Part shown: positions 1-12,625 of the stretch, one piece after another
Layout: each line of letters starts with the position of its first letter
Numbering within the stretch: position 1 is the stretch's first letter
Source: Eledone cirrhosa
Lineage: Eukaryota
NCBI GenBank assembly: GCA_964016885.1
Contig: OZ024741.1
Location: 237,832,001 to 237,896,000, forward strand
DNA length: 64,000 nt
Direction: 5' to 3'
Notes under the pieces: model-generated
Told to the model about the DNA's origin: nothing
The model's database searches: none
What the model saw: only the letters and a program-made list of their open reading frames with translations
Translations under genes and position numbers: made by a program

Positions 1-55
1 ACAACCTTTCGATTGCAAGGCCAATGCTCTAACCACTAAGCCATGTGCCTCCATA
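1..55 (-). mobile_element. tRNA-derived SINE 5' head, truncated by the window edge
   Basis: Reverse complement reads TGGAGGCACATGGCTTAGTGGTTAGAGCATTGGCCTTGCAATCGAAAGGTTGT, containing an A-box-like TGGCTTAGTGG. Bases 1-47 are the exact reverse complement of 63726-63772. Confidence 0.85.
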
Positions 56-59
56 TATC

Positions 60-1830
60 ACCATGGTAACTAACTACACAGCAAAGTAACACAGGTTTGG
101 CACTTGCTGGATTATGTAATAATTCACAAACATGAAACCTGTGATATCTGTAATGTGAAGTCCTTTCATGGCTCAGGGTGTTGGATGGACCATAGTTTAG
201 TGTGAAGAAAGTCCCAGATGGTAATTAGGGTGAGGAAAGGAGCACTAATTAAGCTTCTTTGGCACATGAATGTTTTCAAGATATAAGATCCTGCTTCACA
301 GCAGGATATTCAAAATAGTTTATCCAGTATTGAAGATATGACAACATGGGAAGAGTTTTGAGACTAGGCTTTCCAATGTGCTGATAAACACTATAGTATG
401 CTATATCCACACACAGGGATTGGTTTGATGGAAATGATGCCAATATCATGAGATTCCTGTCTGTAAAGAGCAATACCTATATAGAGGTCTATCAGCTGAG
501 CAGCAGAATCTAGCACATACTCATTACAAAATATAAAAACTCAACTGTAGTGATCATCCAGGCAGAAGCTGAACACCTGGTGGGAAAGTCTTGCTTGTGA
601 CATTCAAGCTGCCACTGATACTAATAACAATAAGAAACTCTATCATCATATGAGGCAAGCATATGGACCTGAATGTTTATCATCGGCTTCTTTACTTTCC
701 AAGGATGGCTCTGCACTATTCATTAAATCAACAGATTACTGGTCACTGGATTGAACACTTTTCTGACCTGTAAAAGGAGGAGTCTGTTGTGGGGTACACA
801 GTAATGGACTCCATTGAACAAAAACCTGTCACTAATTCTTTCGATATTACATTCTTGATAAGATGAGATAGCAATGACAATAAGTAAACTGAATCGCAGT
901 AAGGATCCTGGAAATGATGAAATCCATAGTGAGGAGTTTATTAATGTAGTCTAGAGAGATAATTAGAAAAATGCAAGTCTGTTTTTCTTTCTAAAAGAAA
1001 AGGTATTAGAATAAAGTGTGGCAACCACATAGGCATTGCTCTACTGTCAGCTTTTGGCAAGGTTTTGGAAAATATCCTTTTTACCCACCTGAATAATTCC
1101 ATTGTAGTTGATGCCCTTCCAGAATTTCAGTGTGGTTTCCATTGTGGTAGTGAAACAATGGATATGATTTTCATAGCAAGACAGATGCAGGAGAAACGCT
1201 ATGAGCAGAAAATGGATCTTATCCAACTTTTTATTGGTCTAACAAAAGCTTTTAATACTGAAGAAAAGGCATTTTGCAGCAAATTTGAAAGTATTTTGAT
1301 CACTTGTTCATGATCTCCTTTATGCACATAATTGTGACTTAGTCATAATGCTTCATAATGACTAAGACATGCATTTTACATGGATTGTATTTCTGTGTAC
1401 TGAGTTCTCTTCTTTACTCATGTCAAACATGGATTCTCTACAAGCATCCTGTAAAGGTTCTTGAATGCTTTCATCAGAGATGGTTGAGACTCTCTAAATG
1501 TCAACTGGTCCTCATGGACTCCAGACAGAGATTTTGAATGGCGCTGACAATAGTACACAAGCACTATTAATATTAGACTGGACACTTTGCATGAACAAAT
1601 GATCAGATGACCCTTAAAGCAGATGCGGAAAGTGTCCACAACATAAACTAAGATTGTGGTTTAAGGATAGTGAAAGATCCTCATTGAAAACATTTAAAAT
1701 GTATGAGATCAACTGGGAAAGAAATGCTTTTCCTCATCACCAATAGAGAAAATGGGTAAATGATAGTGCAGATGTTTTTGAAAAAGTATGAGTCCCCCAT
1801 GCAGAATTTAAGTGAGCCTCATGAATATAC
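60..1830 (+). pseudogene. Decayed RTE-clade LINE ORF (endonuclease end, RT N-terminal half, C-terminal region) with stops, frameshifts and an internal deletion
   Basis: From nt 98, WHLLDYVIIHKHETCDICNVKSFHGSGCWMDHSLV matches the end of the APE endonuclease. 1065-1313 gives LPEFQCGFHCGSETMDMIFIARQMQEKRYEQKMDLIQLFIGLTKAFNT (RT motifs Q.GF and F.D..KAFD). ~1620-1790 gives GKCPQHKLRLWFKDSERSSLKTFKMYEINWE, an RTE-like C-terminus. No YADD core is visible. Confidence 0.9.
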
Positions 1831-1884
1831 ACAATTTGTGAAGTAGACAGAGTAAACTTGGTTTGTGGTATTTTTAGTCATATA

Positions 1885-2402
1885 CTAGCAGAATGGCCCG
1901 GCATTGCTTGGGATTTGCTCTAGGGTTCTTATATATTTGATATATATTTATCCTTATCGAGCTTTGTGAAATAAATACGTTTGTTTATATTTTGTTATTG
2001 TGTATGCAAAAATATCTGTACACGAATATATAATTATATATCTATATATCTAAAACAGAGAATATCTGTCTGTCTGACTCCCTAAAACTCGAGAACCACC
2101 CAACCGATTGTTTTCAAACATTACACATGTAATACTTATGGTCCTGTGAGTGTTTTGAGCAAAATATATTTCAAATTTTCAATGCCCTAGGGACCACATT
2201 AAGCGATTTAGCGATCTCTCTCTATAATTCTGAGTCTTTCTTTTTAGATAGATACATAGATAGATGCATAGATATAACGTTGCGCCCTTATAATATCTGT
2301 CTGTATGTCTGGCTGTCTGCATTACGACATTATGACGTCGCTATATGTGAATGTGTATATATGTATATATAGTGTGTGTATATATATATATAGTGTTGTA
2401 AA

Positions 2403-2433
<31 letters not shown>

Positions 2434-3154
2434 GTGTGTAATGTTTTTCGAAATATTTACTTCTGCGTTCACAGATTGTTTTTTTTTAGTTTCAGAAGAT
2501 CCCGTTAAGGGTGAAAGCAGCGATTCTTTGCTTAAACTTTAATCTGTTATTTTAATATATATATATAATTATATATTCGTGTACAGATATTTTTGCATAC
2601 ACAATAACAAAATATAAACAAACGTATTTATTTCACGAGGCTCGATAAGGATATATATATATAAAATATATAAGAACCCTAGAGAAAATCCCGAGCAACG
2701 CCGGGTCATTCTGCTAGTATATATTAAAATAACAGATTAAAGTTTAAGCAAAGAATCGCTGCTTTCATCCTTAACGGGATCTTCTGAAACTAAAAAAATC
2801 AATCTGTGAACGCAGAAGTAAATATTTCGAAAAACGTTACACACTATATATATATATTCACACACTATATGTACATATATACACACACACATAGCGACGT
2901 CATAATGTCGTAACGCAGACAGCCAGACATACAGACAGATATTATAAGGGCGCAACGTTATATCTATGTATCTATCTAAAAAGAAAGACTAAGAATTATA
3001 GAGAGAGATTGAACATTTGAAATATATTTTGCTCAAAACACTCACAGGACCATAAGTATTACATGTGTAAAGTTTGAAAACAATCGGTTGGGTGGTTCTC
3101 GAGTTTTAGGGAGTCAGACAGACAGACAGACATTCTCTGTTTTAGATATATAGA
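1885..3154 (-). mobile_element. Non-autonomous Helitron copy A, split in two (1885-2040 and 2718-3154) by insertion of copy B
   Basis: On the minus strand it starts TCTATATATCTAAAACAGAG at 3154 and ends with a CCCAAGCAATGCCGGG hairpin plus CTAG at 1885-1888. The two halves joined are colinear with 2041-2717. Confidence 0.85.
2041..2717 (+). mobile_element. Non-autonomous Helitron copy B, with both termini intact
   Basis: 5' TC (TCTATATATCTAAAA), subterminal (TCTG)n, 3' hairpin CCCGAGCAACGCCGGG at 2690-2705, terminal CTAG at 2714-2717. It sits between A2040 and T2718 with no TSD. These are canonical Helitron signatures. Confidence 0.9.
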
Positions 3155-3191
3155 CTAGCAGAAAACTATCCGATGGGCGGTTTTCTGCTAG
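3154..3191. repeat. Perfect 13-bp inverted repeat made of Helitron-like CTAG ends
   Basis: ACTAGCAGAAAAC-tatccgatgggc(g)-GTTTTCTGCTAGT. Confidence 0.8.
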
Positions 3192-3199
3192 TATATATA

Positions 3200-3232
3200 T
3201 ATATTACACACACAGAAATGTATATATATTTC

Positions 3233-3271
<39 letters not shown>

Positions 3272-3375
3272 CACACACAGAAATGTATATATATTTCTGT
3301 GTATATATATATATATTTCTGTGTGTGTATATATATATATATTACACACACACAGAAATCTATATATCTTTCTGT
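3200..3375. repeat. Tandem palindromic units CACACAGAAAT-(TA)n-ATTTCTGTGTG
   Basis: About three units, each a short inverted repeat around a TA microsatellite. Confidence 0.7.
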
Positions 3376-5089
3376 AGCACTCCCCAATTCCCCCCTCTCT
3401 CCATCCCGCTATCCCCCTCTTGTAGTCTGTCTCTTTCTTTCACTCTCTCTCTACGCGTGCGCAAAAAACATTCGCACGCGCGCACGTACTGCTGATAAAT
3501 ATTGTTTGTTGTTACATATTATACATACATTGAAGAATTGCTCATGTATAGGGTTTGTTGTTATACATACACGTTGAAGTATTGCTGATATAAATATATA
3601 TTTTGTTGTTACACACACATATATACTGGCAAAAACATACATACACACATATACAACATTTACATACACATTGATGTACTACCTATATATGTTTTGCTGT
3701 TGTTACACATACACACATATATTGACTCAAACATACACACACATATACACATACACATATACAACAACATTAATATACATACACATACACTGGCACAGAC
3801 ATACAAAGAAATATATAGAGATATGAACATACAGGTTCATACATACACGCAGTTATATAAATATCAAAACTTATACGGACATGCAGAAATCATTTAAACA
3901 GGTGTGTAATTATGTAAATACACTCAGATATAGACACTTAGACATACACACATGTGTACATATATATATATAACCAAACATCCATGAACATACACATTTT
4001 GTAATAAAATATGGGCACACACACACAAAGAATCACATATACGCACGCACGCCCGTTACATATACACAAAGACCCAGTTACACACATGTACACACACATA
4101 CCCATCTACACATACGCACTCCACAATCATGATACCATATTTACTCACACTACAACTATCCAGTTACACATGCACAAAAACCCAGTTACACATAAACGCA
4201 CATATATACGCAAAGACCCAGTTACACACGCTGATACACAATTATCGCTTCACTCCCTAAAATTCCTTGTGACAAGTTTTCCACCCCTTTTGTCTCCCCA
4301 CCTCTCTCTCTCTGTCGGCTACCTCGATATCATTACACCATATATACATATACATATAAACATATACACACGCAAAGACCCAGTTACACGCTCAGTTACA
4401 CACGCAGATACACCCACTATTATAGCTCCACTCCCTCAAATTCCTACTCGCAACAACAAGTCTTCCCTAACCCTCTGTCACTGTTTCTCTCTCTCAATCT
4501 ATCTATCTATCTATCTATGCCTCTTTCTCTCTGTTTATCTCTCGCTTTCCCCCTCTCTCTTGCTCTGTCATTGTCCCTCTGTATCTCTCTCTGTCTGTCC
4601 GCTACTCCGCCATCACTACACCATATTTACATACATAGATGAGATCGGCATTCCTCTCCATTGATGTCACATCGACTGCTACACTGTCTTCACAACAACC
4701 ACAATCAGGCCATATTTCACAACAACAACACCGTTGCTCACTGAATCGATTTTTTGACAAAAGGGAACACCACACACGTTTTGCTCTTCTGCTCCGTTCT
4801 TCTCCTTCATTAAACATCTTTCGCTCCCTTCAATCTCCCTTACCGGTTTGCTTAGCTCGTTCTGTGTGTGTGTGAGCGCATGTGTGTGTGAGTGCGTGCG
4901 TGTGTATATATATATATATATATGTATGAATGTGTGTGTATGTGTGTATTTTAACCCCCTCATATACCCACCACTGTTGTATTTTCTCTCCATCTTTACC
5001 CCTTAATCAGTTTCAAATACACTCTATCATTACTCTGTCCTCAACATCCTTATTACCAGCTCTCCCCTCCCCCCACAGATATACACTTC

Positions 5090-5276
5090 ATATTTGTACA
5101 TTAATATATTTACATACGTACATATAGACATTAATATGTTTAGAGGCATGTATATATATATATATATATATACTGGTATATATGCATACATTATACATAC
5201 ATACATACATACATACATATTAATGTATATACACATGTTTACATACGTACATATAGACATTAATATGTTTAGAGGC

Positions 5277-5333
<57 letters not shown>

Positions 5334-5411
5334 TACATTATACATACATACATATTAATGTATATACACATGTTTATATACGTACTTATAGACATTAATA
5401 TGTTTAGAGGC

Positions 5412-5448
<37 letters not shown>

Positions 5449-5630
5449 TACATTATACATACATACATATTAATGTATATACACATGTTTACATACGTAC
5501 ATATAGACATTAATATGTTTAGATACATGTATATATATATATATATATATATGCATACATTATACATACATACATATTAATGTATATACACATGTTTACA
5601 TACGTACATATAGACATTAATATGTTTAGA

Positions 5631-5674
<44 letters not shown>

Positions 5675-5820
5675 TACATTATACATACATACATATTAAT
5701 GTATATACACATGTTTACATACGTACATATAGACATTAATATGTTTAGAGGCATATATATATATATATATATGCATACATTATACATACGTACATATTAA
5801 TGTATATACACATGTTTATA
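5090..5820. repeat. Composite minisatellite, ~110-130 bp unit containing a variable (TA)n, about 6 copies
   Basis: Repeated GCATACATTATACATAC...ACATACGTACATATAGACATTAATATGTTTAGAGGCAT(TA)n. Confidence 0.9.
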
Positions 5821-6461
5821 TCACCATTTTACATCCACTCCTTATATAAACACACATATGTTAGTATACATACACATTAATACATATACATATTTTAATA
5901 TATATATATTACCTCCTCCTTAGAGTCGGCATGAGCATCACAACATTTTACTTTTTAAATCGATGTAAAAAAATCAAAGCAACTATCAATCACATTAAAA
6001 TTTCTCTCCCTTCTCCCCAAGACACTCCTTCCACATATCCTAGTCTCTACCTCCACCCTCTTACTTGTACATCACCTTAATCCATAGCTCACTCTAACCC
6101 TTTTTCTTCCACCTCTACTGCACCTTCACATGAATCTACTGCCAGTGCCCACCCTCTGTCTTCCTAGCATTCTTTATACCTCTTCCCTCCCCTTCTCATT
6201 GATTCACTACTCTCTCCTCTTCTCCCACCTCAACTCCCATTCTCTTTATCTGTCAGAGTCATGTGCTTATTATCAATTTCTAACTGGATCATCTGTCGTC
6301 TGCTTGTTAACGGTCGCCTTGGTTACAGAGCGCGATGCTCTGTGTTCGATGCTAATGGAATGCAGTGCTGTGTAGAGAGTGCAGTGAGTGCCTGTAACCA
6401 TTGCATGTTGCACTGCAAGAGAATAGGCCAAAGGACTGAGAGACAGCGATAGGGTTTTGAC

Positions 6462-9400
6462 TAAGGTGGTACCAATTAATCGGCAGATAAGCTGTGCTGG
6501 TCGTATCGGCCGTTTTGCTTTTTTGCCAATTAATTGGGTTTGATAATTAGCCATTATTGGATTAAAAAAAAAAAAATTTTTTATTGAGGAAGAAAACCAT
6601 AAGGGACACAGAAATTTGGAAAACACATTAGATTCAATATGCAGAAATACATAAGAAACACATTATTTCTGAAGACACAATCTAAGCCTGCCAATATAAT
6701 ATAACTCTACTTCTAGTGCTCAAATGTACTGATCTACACAACTGGAAATTACTTGGGATTGCCCAGTCGGTGGAACTCCCTGTAGGTTAAAGGGAGTTAA
6801 AGTAGAAGAGGGACCCTCGTTACCCACCTGAGAGGATTTGTGTTTAATTAAGGAATTAATTAAAAAATTTTAAAGATTCCGAACACATGTTTATTTGGAG
6901 GTATTAAACATTTTCCCAGTAATAATTGTTTCTACGTTAGGCACAAGGCCAGCAATTACCCAGTGCATTACTGGTACTTTATTTTATCGACCCCGTAAGG
7001 ATGAAAGGCAAAGTCAACCTCGGCGGGATTTGAACTCAGATCGTAAAGGGACGTAACTATGCTGGAAAGCATGGCGTCCGACCCTCTACCGATGGTTTCT
7101 AATTTTGGCACAACTCTAGCAATTTTGAGAGGAAGGAAAAGTCGATTATATCAGTACTTGACTGATACTTTATTTTACTGAACTCAAAAAGATAAAATGC
7201 AAAGTTGACTTGGATGGGATTTGAACACAGAAAGAAAAGACCTAGAACAAGTATTGCTAAATATTTGTTCAATAGTCTAACAACTCTCCCTTATTACCAT
7301 CATTTCCACTTAAATAAAAAATATTATTTGAGAACCTGTAAATTTTAATGTAAAAGCATCAACATTTCTCCATTTTCAGAGCACAATAGTTTTCTTGTAA
7401 GCTCCTATATGTTACTTCCTGTCCTAAATACAGTTTTACTTTCAACAGAGGAAGCTGAGGCACTGAGTTACTTCAAAGCAAGCTTGCTCAAATGAGGAAA
7501 TTTTCTTATTGAATTTCTCCACCACAAAATGAATCATTAGTAGAGACTTTCTTTTTCTTTATGTTTGACTAAATAGTAGCAGGGTTAATTTTAAATATTC
7601 TTCCAATTCTTTATTATAACAAAAAGTTTTGCTTGTTCATTTCTTTCTTTTTCCTTCATTGGGGGTGCCTACATATAATTTTTTTCTGTTCAATAACTAA
7701 TCCAATAAATTTGCAAAAGTTAGTGATGCACCTCTGTATTCTTGATCATTTTGGATGTAGAAATATCTTCAATTGAATTTTGTCCACATTCCAAAGTGTC
7801 AGAATTTTCCAGATTAACCAATGTCCATTCTTTTATTTTATCTGCTATATCTCTTCTATGGAATTTCATTTTGAACCTTGGATCTAGCAAAGACAAACAC
7901 AAAGATTTGTTTTCCAGATATGTTTGAAATCTTGTTCTCAACAGAAGATTGAAGTTCTACTGTGTTATGACTTACAGCAAGGGAAATGTTTGTTTTTGTC
8001 TTTAACAGGAATGATTTCATAGTCTGAATTGTTAGAATCATTATTAATGAAGTAGCTTAAAGTTTGCTTGCTTCCACAGTTATTTCTTGGAATGTTTTTA
8101 TAAGTTCAACAATATTTTCTACAAGAGACTACTTAGAATCATGTTGCTATCTACAGCATATGTTACAAGAGCTTTTGCTGTTCAATATTTCTTTCCAGGA
8201 TGTAGTATGTTGACTTCCAGCAAGTAGGTACATCCTGAATTAATGCATGTTTCTTTAAACCCAACTGTTCTTATGATGCTGTCAACTTGCTTACAGCTAC
8301 AGCAGAATGATTTTTAGTGCTTAACAATATTTCAACAAGTTGTGATAACAGTTTTCATGGCTTGCTATATATAACAAATATAGTCATTCAATGAAAGTTG
8401 AAGTGTATGTATGAAGCATGATAGTGATTCCAAGCCACAATTCCTGGCTCCAGCTACCATATTTGGTGAAGAATCTCACAATACTAAGAAAATATTGTCA
8501 TTTGTCAACTTATAATAGCCAAGAACAATGCTTAACTTTTTGTTAACTCATGTACCTGTGTAAGAATCTTCAGAAAGAACAATTCGCAAAACAATTCAGT
8601 GGTTAAAGAAATATAGTTTGCATCATTAACATATTTATAAATTTTTGTTTTAATTTGTTAGAATGATGTTTTCAGAAAAGTACTTTTGCCTTGAAATATT
8701 GTAGCTGGGAGTAATTGTTTTTAGTAACCTTTGAAATCTCCAATCAGACACAACAGAATATGCCTACAAGTCAACAACAATTATTTCTTCAATCAAATAA
8801 AGAATATATTTAAACAAATGACTGTTGGTGTTCCACATCTTTTTCAGTTCCGGCAGAATACATATTTGTTGCCGATGAATCCTCCAGTATTTGTATTTTT
8901 CTCTTTATTTTGCCAGTTTCTTTTGCCAATTCATCAGGATTAAATTTTTTAAGATGATTCATTATATTAGATGTGGAAGTTTTAGCAGTTTCCCCTCTTC
9001 ATGATATGAAAACAGCAGAATGTATCATTAGTTTTATCCATGTTAAAAAATTTCATGCAATACTTGAAGTCAAAAAGGTTTTATGATTTTTTAAATGTTA
9101 TTTTGCAATAAATTCTGATTAATCGAATGATGTAAACAAAATTAACCTATCTTGTGTAACAGGTGAGCTCAGTAAAGAAATGTGAATATTTTCTTAGCTT
9201 ATGTGAGGGAATTGGATGGTGGAATAAAACAGCATGCTTGCTTCTCTTAAAAAAATACAGTCAATCATTAGCTTCCTTATTAACCAGGCTAAGAATCACA
9301 ACACCCTTAGTGATCCAGCTTAAGAGAATCCACTCTACCAACTAGCTGTGTCATGAGTCACAACACCATGACTCAGGAACACAGGGGAATGAATAAGTTC

Positions 9401-9888
9401 AGATATTCAACAACTTGATATTAATAATCTTAATAGACATACTAAGTGTTACCTTTGAGGTATGTTTGGTTAATTATAATTTTTTAAAACTTATAATGTT
9501 ATGTCAATATAACTACTCCGACTAGATATGTTGGTGTTACAGACACACAATGATTAAACAAATCACAAACCTGTGTAGGTTCAGATTGTGGGACATGTTG
9601 TGTAGAGAAGATTATGCTACTAAATGACACAATTCAATGGCAATAAAAAGTACTAACTACAGTAAAATCAGCCTAATTTTGTCATAATATCCTCTCAAAT
9701 AGTAGCTCTATAATTGTGATTACTTATGAAATATTATAATATATTACCTATAATTAATTAAAATACACATTTTCTTATCACAATACATATTACATTATAG
9801 ATAATCAGTGGCCAATTAATCAATATCGATTGATAAGGCAAGGCTGATTAATTAGTAATCGGCCAATTTGCTTTTCAGTGCATCCCTA
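6462..9888 (-). mobile_element. Decayed full-span hAT DNA transposon (ZBED1/4-like transposase pseudogene)
   Basis: Minus-strand motifs occur in the correct order: BED-finger remnant RGETAKTSTSNNMNHLKK (~8945-9000); IQDVPTCWKSTYYILE (TRWNS-like, ~8190-8240); LLDPRFK (~7870-7890); hATC dimerisation domain WWRNSIRKFPHLSKLALK*LSASASSVESKTVF (~7425-7525). Termini are TAAGGTGGTACC and CAGTGCATCCCTA with AATCGGC subterminal motifs. 8-bp TSD: GTTTTGAC (6454-6461) and GTTTTGAT (9889-9896). Confidence 0.9.
6930..7290 (-). mobile_element. Two adjacent SINE copies nested in the hAT element
   Basis: Two copies of TACT(G)GTACTT..TTTATCGACCCC..AAGGATGAAAGGCAAAGTCAACCTCGGCGGGATTTGAACTCAG, which gives a B-box GAGTTCAAATCC on the minus strand. 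The same family occurs at ~10110, ~19300, ~59800 and ~61700. Confidence 0.8.
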
Positions 9889-10104
9889 GTTTTGATGAAA
9901 TTGGGAAAGTTTGGTGACAGAGGGTTTTCGACAAATGAAAAGGAAGGCATGAAGACATAGGTAAAGATATGTATCTATGAATCTGTAACTCGTAGAGAAA
10001 CTGTTTTGTCACATGGCAGAGCCCATCTCTGCCAAAGTATGAAAATAGCTGATTTCTTACAGAAAGAAAGAGGGAGAGTGATAAATAGAAGAAATGAGAA
10101 AAAT

Positions 10105-10250
10105 ATATAGATGACGAATCAAATCGACCTTGAAAGGATGAAAAGCAAAGTTGACCTCAACAGTATTTGAACTCAGGGCACAGAGAACCAGAACAAATAC
10201 TGCAGAGCATTCTATCTGATATTCTAATGACTGCCAATTCATCACCTAGG
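10105..10250 (-). mobile_element. SINE copy, same family as 6930-7290
   Basis: ATCGACCTTGAAAGGATGAAAAGCAAAGTTGACCTC...ATTTGAACTCAG...CTGCCAATTCA. Confidence 0.75.
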
Positions 10251-10404
10251 TAAGTATAACTACAAATGAAATGTCAGCTGTAGCTATTCTATTAGACAAC
10301 AGAGTAAATATTTCTTTGCTAAGAGATTTGAGTCGAGATCAGGTGTTAAAACAGAAAAAATTACATCAGTGTGGAATCATTATAGTCATTTAACACAAAT
10401 ATAT

Positions 10405-10585
10405 ACTGTTATTCTTTTACTGGTTTCAGTTATTAGACTGTAGCCATGCCAGGGCACCATTTTTAAAGGATTTATTTGGTCACATTGACTTTAGTACAAT
10501 TTTTTTAAAGTCTGGTACTTATTATAACAATCTCTTTATCAACCCACTAAGTTATGAGGCATAAACAAACAGTAAACATAAACAC
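10405..10585. repeat. Probable interspersed repeat fragment (SINE-like)
   Basis: TTCTTTTACTGGTTTCAG..TTAGACTG..GCCATGCCAGGGCACC...TCTGGTACTTATT...CTAAGTTA. Shares the CTGGTACTTA motif with the SINE family; otherwise identified only from recalled similarity to octopus repeats. Confidence 0.45.
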
Positions 10586-10817
10586 AGATACATACATACA
10601 TACTAATGAAGAATGTAGACTTTGTATGTGGCAGATACACAGGAGAGAGAGCACACGTGAAACAGGCTGTATGAAATGCTCAGATAGCTCGCTAGAAATA
10701 GTTGACAGCTTCTGCTACTGGCTGACCTAATTAGTGGGATATTTTGAATGTAACTAGACTAAGAACTGGTTGGAAAAAGTTCAGGTTACAAAGTTCAGGT
10801 TACAAAGACAATTTGTA

Positions 10818-11101
10818 TAACAAAAGTGCCCAGTCCACACTGTAAAGTGGGCATGTCAGCAATACAACAACAAAAAGTGCCCAGTCCACACTGTAATGTG
10901 GTAGTGTAGGTGACACGACAAAAATCACACATCATACACTTGCTTGTAAATGTGGTTGGCGTTAGGAAGGGCATCCAGCTGTAGAAACCAGACCAAAATC
11001 AGCTCTGGGTGAGCTAAACATGGTCCTCTGACCTGATTCTCTCTCAAATGGTCAACCTACCCTTGCTAGCATGGAAAATGGATGTTAAACAATGATGATG
11101 A
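10818..11101 (+). mobile_element. RTE 3'UTR-type short retroelement ending in a (GAT)n tail
   Basis: Internal repeats AAAAGTGCCCAGTCCACACTGTAA, core GTGGTTGGCGTTAGGAAGGGCATCCAGCTGTAGAAAC, tail GCATGGAAAATGGATGTTAAAC-ATGATGATG. Matches the 3' end of the RTE at 60313-60900. Confidence 0.8.
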
Positions 11102-11462
11102 CAGCTGCATAAAGAAGTGAAAGGAATTCAAAGAGGATGAAATGTGTCAAAGAGGAAGATCTAGGAAAATATAGGGGTGACAGGGTGAAAACTGAACTCA
11201 CAAAGTTGAACCTGTTGACTGGTGATTTGCCCTACTACAATACCAACAAGATGAAAAATGTGTAGAGTTTGAGAGATATATTGACATTCAGATTCCCAAC
11301 TAATATTCCCCTTCTTCCATCCCTCATGACCTTTGTCTTTCTCACTGCCCACATAACTGAGAATATCTTAGGTTCTGTCTGTCCTCCTCCCTACTACTTT
11401 CTGTTGCCCACATATCCATACCCACTGAAACATTCTGTCCACATAAAGAGGGATATCATATA

Positions 11463-12390
11463 CTAGCAGCAGTACCCAGCGTTGCTTGGGAAGGTAAAAT
11501 AATATCTTCTTTGATGAAAAGGTATCTTAGCGACTGCGAGTTTCTTGAAAATCGGTCGTAAGGTGTAGCAAATGACGAAATGTTGAGTGAAATCGTATGG
11601 AATATGTGGGAGGGGGAAAAAATTGTATTTTGAAGAGTTAAACGGCTGCCTCGCCGTCCCTGAACAAAAAATGCAAAGTGTAAAGCTACTATAAGATGTG
11701 CAATGATAGGTTCTATCGTAGTATAAAAGTTGAACCAAATAAATTGATTTATGTGTGAGGTGGAGCCGAAGTTTCGAATTTGAACGAAATTGGTTGAAAA
11801 ATGTGGGAGCTAGAGCCGAAAAGGCGGAAATTTGAGCAAAAAGGTGGTATTTTAGAATATTTAACCGGGCTGCCACGCCGTTCCTGAACAAAAATTCCAA
11901 AATGTAAAGCCACTTTAAGACGTGAAATAATCAGATCTAGCGTAGTGTAAAATTTGAACAAAGTAGGTTGATTAATGTGGGAGCTAGAGCCGAAAAAGTG
12001 GAAATTTGAGTCTAAAAGTGGTATTTTTGGATATTCAAGCGGCTGCCACGCCGTCCCTGAACAACAAATGCAAAATATAAAGCCATTACAGGATGTGCAA
12101 TGATAAATTCTATTTTGCTTTAAAATTTGAACGAAATCGGTGGCAAAATGTGGGAGCTAGAGCCAAAAATATTATTTTTCGATACCTAAAAAAAGGTGAC
12201 CCCCCCTATCGATTTTTATCTGCAGAATGACCCCGGAATAATAAAAAAAAAACGATACGCTGATATATAGAAAACACTCACCGATGACTAATCTATGAGC
12301 ATGTAAAGTTTCATGAAAATCGGTCGTAAGATGTAGGCCCCTATAGGTAATACACAGACACACAGACACACACATACTTAATTTTATATG
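11463..12390 (-). mobile_element. Non-autonomous Helitron with internal ~172-197 bp tandem repeats
   Basis: Minus-strand 3' end is a CCCAAGCAACGCTGGG hairpin plus CTAG|T at 11463. The motif TGTGGGAG(CTAGAGCC) recurs at ~11605, 11802, 11976 and 12148. There is a (TGTC)-type microsatellite near the 5' end (~12350-12370). Confidence 0.75.
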
Positions 12391-12477
12391 CTCTACGGTT
12401 CTTATATATTGGATATATATTTATCCTTATCGAGCCCTCTTTGGATTTTAGTCTTCAAATTTATTATTATTACTATA

Positions 12478-12518
<41 letters not shown>

Positions 12519-12625
12519 AATGAATAATAACAGGTAGACATCATAAAAAGGTAGTTTATTCCGTGTGCTTACAAGTGTTTCCACGGTGGTACTGCAGCCT
12601 AGTTCCGCTACGTGCAAATTCACAA

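Noticed and set aside
3166-5567. YI/HT/CV-rich ORFs (also 12400-12850, 15350-16250 and 62133-63577)
   Set aside because: These are translations of (TA)n, (CA)n and (CATA)n microsatellites.
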